A DNA stretch of 63,903 nucleotides, counting the filler, from Polymyxa betae A26-41 (taxonomy: Eukaryota; Protista; Endomyxa: Phytomyxea), in assembly GCA_003693705.1 (NCBI GenBank). It is 6 parts of 6 records of this genome, joined end to end, with 100 filler letters (N's around TTAATTAATTAA, not from the genome) between each part and the next. Parts side by side here need not be neighbours in the genome. Positions count along the whole stretch, not along the records: positions 58,967 to 63,903 come from RBZT01000872.1; 5 more parts are not named here. One strand, written 5' to 3'. The notes under the pieces are model-generated. The model worked only from the letters and a program-made list of their open reading frames with translations. It was not told the DNA's origin and searched no databases. A program made the position numbers and the translations under genes. Shown one piece after another: positions 60,589 through 63,903 of the stretch. Within the stretch, counting starts at the first letter, position 1, and every line of letters begins with the position of its first letter.

Positions 60589-60817
60589 TGTAATCTGACT
60601 TCCTGACCAGGACCTAGTGATATTGGAGGTAGCTATCTAGCGATAAACGCAGTGAACAGAGAGGCTGCTTTTCGGGAATGAATAATTTCCTTTTTATAAT
60701 ATATTATCTGTATCTACAGGCACCAGTTCGTTTGGTCATGGCACGCGCCAGCCATATTGATTTTATGCCATCAATGGTAACTTGATTGGGCGGGTACGCT
60801 GGCTGGACCCATGCGCA
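60589..60817 (-). repeat. Putative 3' LTR of the Copia element
   Basis: PPT-like AGAGGTGGGGGC precedes TG at 60817; internal TATAAAAAGG; candidate end ...ATTACA at 60589. The other LTR is outside the window. Confidence 0.5.
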
Positions 60818-63800
60818 GCCCCCACCTCTGTGTCAGAAAGACTGCGTGGCGCAGCCACCGCAATCATAACTTCTCCCTCGAACAAGGTGTGGGGAGATAC
60901 TCGTCGTGGCCGGTTTGCTTGATAGAGGCGTGGCTGTCTCCGGCGTCGGGGCCAGAGTCGTCATCAGCGGTGTCGCTGCTGTCGGTGCTAGTGTCGTCCG
61001 TTGCTGCTATGATATGCGCTGTCTTGTTCTTGAAGTCGGTCGCGCCGAGTGGCTTGGTGAGTGGATCTGCGACCATCTCCGTTGTCGGACAGAATTTGAC
61101 TTGGATGATCTGAGTGTCGACGAGGTCGCGGATGAAGGCGATTCGAACTGCGAGATGCTTCGTTCGCGCTGGTGTCTTCTTCCCGTTGACTAGTGCGATA
61201 CAGCCGGCGTTGTCTTCGGAAATCGTAGTCGGCTTGGAGTCATTAATGAGACCCATGTCGCTGAGTAAGTTTCGAAGCCAGATGGCCTCTTTTGCCGCCT
61301 CTGTTAGCGCATTAATCTCTGCTTCCGTCGTTGATAGTGCTACAAGTTGCTGTCTTTTGGACTTCCAACTGATTGGACCGTTTGTAATGAACACGAAGCC
61401 GGATGTCGATCGGGCGTCCTCTCGGTCACTGGCGAAATCGGCGTCTGCGAATCCAACCAGATTATAATGTCGGGATGGCCTGAATGTTATGCCTGGGTTG
61501 ATACTGCCCTTCAGATACCTTAATATTCGCTTGACGCCAATGATGTTATTCTTCGTCGGATTTGCAACGAATCTCGCGGCGAAGTTGACCGCTTGGGAGA
61601 TGTCGGGTCGTGTACTGTTCGCGATGTAGGCCAAACTCCCAACTGCCTCCTGGTAATGGAAGTCGCATTCGTCCGTCTCGTCGCTGTCAGCTGCTTGCTG
61701 TTCTTTTAGGGAAGGAGTCTTAACTGGATTCGCGTCCTGCATTCGGTATCGCTCCAAAACCCGAATTATGTACGAACCGTGTGTCACGTGCACGTCTCCG
61801 TCGCGGTTCTTGCTAATCTTCCACCCTAGGATGTATTGGATGTTCCCCAGTATCTTCACTCGTAGTCGTGCAGAGAGGCCTTTCTCAAATTCATGCATCA
61901 GGTCTAAGCTTTGCGAAGCGAAGATAATGTCGTCAACGTAGATGGCGAGGAGGATTGGTGTGCGACCGCTTTGATGAAAAGGCAGCAGTTGGATGGCGAT
62001 TTGCTGAATCCGAGGTGAGTTAACAATGTCGTGATGTGATTGTACCACGCTAAGCCCGCTTGTTTCAGGCCGTAGATTGCCTTATTAAGGCGACAAACAA
62101 ATGGCTCTCCCTGGCTGCCAGCTGCCTCAAATCCTTTAGTGTGAAACGTATAGTTCGGCATCGAGCTTGGCATTCAGATAAGCTGTATCAACATCCATCT
62201 GTCGCACGTGCCAATCTTCTGCAAACAGGCTAATCAAAATCCGAATCGTCGTCATGCTGGCCACCGGCGAGAAGGTTTCGTCATAATCAACACCGTGTCG
62301 CTGAGAGAAACCTTGCGCTACTAGTCTAGCCTTGTATCGGTCCACGGTTCCGTCGGTCTTGGTCTTCGCCTTGAACACCCATTTGGTCTTGATTGCTTTT
62401 CGTCCTGTTGGCAGTCGACACATCGTCCATGTCTCGTTTCGTATGAGTGAGTCGTATTCCTCCTTCATTGCCGTCAACCATTGTTCCCGCCTACTCGAAC
62501 TGATTGCTTCTTCGTAGGTCGTCGGCTCCTTCATCATCGTTGCTGAGAATGCGGAATGTTGGCCTTGTTGTGACATGCTCCGGGTAATCGGTCGAGCTGT
62601 CGACAAGGTTTGGCCAGAGAAAGATGGACGCCGTGTAGTTTTGATGCGTGCCGTTCTCTTAGGTTGGTGATCTTGTTCTGGTTTTCGGGCAGGCTCTGAC
62701 TCTTCACAGTGCATTGCTTCTGGTTCCTCGGGATCAGCGTTCGAGTCTTTATGCGAATTGTGGCTCTGTTGAGAGTTCACTGCTGCGGCATCTGCGTCGA
62801 TGAGATCGGGCTTGTCGGCTGCCTGTCGTGTGGTGATAGATTCTGTTGCTTCGTGCGTGTGCACTGTCGCAGTTTCGCGGACCTGTTCATATATGTCATT
62901 CACGGCTGGCGGCTTCGCTACTAAGTCGTTGCTCCGGTGAGGTAAGTAGTGTTCATCGAAGCTGGCGTCACGCGCGGTAATAATGTCTCCAGAGCCATCG
63001 TCCTGGAATATGTAACCCTTCTGATTCGCGGCGTAACCAAGGAAGGTGCAGGTTGTGGCCTTTGCCGCGAGTTTCTGTCTCCGGTGACCGGCGATGTGAA
63101 CGAAGGCGCGACAGCCGAAGACTTTGGTGTGGCTGATGTCAGGTCTTTTCCCGGTCCAGAGCTGGTAAGGCGTGATACCATTATTGGCGCTGTTGGGGAC
63201 ACGGTTAGTGACATGAGCTGCAGCAGCGACCGCGAATTGCCAGTATTTTGGCGGAAGGCCCGACTGGATGATCATGGTCCGTGCACGATCGTTCAGAGTT
63301 CTGTTCATTCTCTCTGCGATACCGTTCTGCTGCGGCGTGTGTGGGATCGTTGTCTGCAGCCGTATGCCCTTTTTGTCCAATTGGTCTTGAAGGTAGTTGG
63401 AGGTGAACTCTCCTCCGTTGTCGGTTTGGATCACGCTGACCTTATTGCCGGTGAAGGTTTCGTACTGACGGATGCATTTGAGAAGGAGTTCTGCCGCTTC
63501 GGATTTACGTTTCATGAATAACACGGTGACGACGCCAGAGTGCTCGTCAATTATGGGCATGCAGTATTGATTACCTTGGATGCTGAGCTCTGCCTAGGAG
63601 CATAGATCGGTGTGTAATACTCTCCCTGGCTCCGAACTGCGGTGATCTTCATCTCGCGTTGGGAAGGGTAGTCGACACAGTTTTCCAGTTTCGCAGGCAT
63701 CGCACTTCCTATTGGGAACATGTTCTATTCCGATTGCGAGTTTCTTCGTCTCCATCTCGTGCAGAATGCGTTCAGGAATGTGGGCGAGCCTTTTGTGCCA

Positions 63801-63903
63801 AAGCTCCGTTTGAGAAGCCGCATGAACCCATTGCTCAACAAAATTGTGGTCGAGCTCGTACAGTCCATTGTTCTTCTTGGCGGTCGCGATTAACCTGCCG
63901 GCC
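60589..63903 (-). mobile_element. pol: Ty1/Copia LTR retrotransposon pol (GAG-pre-integrase, integrase, RT, RNase H), decayed, 5' end outside the window
   Basis: LWHKRLAH, TDNGGEF, PQQNGIAERMNRTL, YKARLVAQGF, QMDVDTAYLN, IYGLKQAG, YVDD, FADADFA, STTEAE, DPLTKPL in integrase-RT-RNase H order; frameshifts near 62140 and 61970; stop near 63595. Confidence 0.97.

Overview
Eukaryotic genomic scaffold segment with GC-rich exons, mostly 43-61 nt GT-AG introns, five 100-nt contig linkers (N44-TTAATTAATTAA-N44) and one 28-N gap. Adjacency across the linkers is therefore unproven. Gene content suggests a biotrophic zoosporic parasite, most like a phytomyxean/plasmodiophorid; this is inference and a zoosporic fungus is not excluded. 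The left ~52 kb is dominated by signal-peptide genes: a germin/spherulin cupin (partial), several orphan secreted proteins, a signal-peptide Ser/Thr kinase, four divergent secreted proteins that share an F-box-like segment and an unnamed G-x-x-F motif, a group of small signal-peptide plus membrane-helix genes, and two hevein/CBM18 GPI-type proteins. It also holds two tandem TM-RGS paralogs, a peroxisomal (SKL) AAE17/18-like acyl-CoA synthetase, tRNA-Asn(GTT), a Harbinger-type non-autonomous element and a decayed Ty3 gag. The right ~12 kb is transposon-derived: a decayed CACTA/EnSpm transposase followed by a six-unit ~310-bp array, a decayed pogo element carrying an intact spliced 123-aa HIRAN-like gene, and a decayed Ty1/Copia. 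Short telomere-like CCCTAA(A) motifs are scattered throughout, including inside several small introns. All calls are by eye; no database searches were run.
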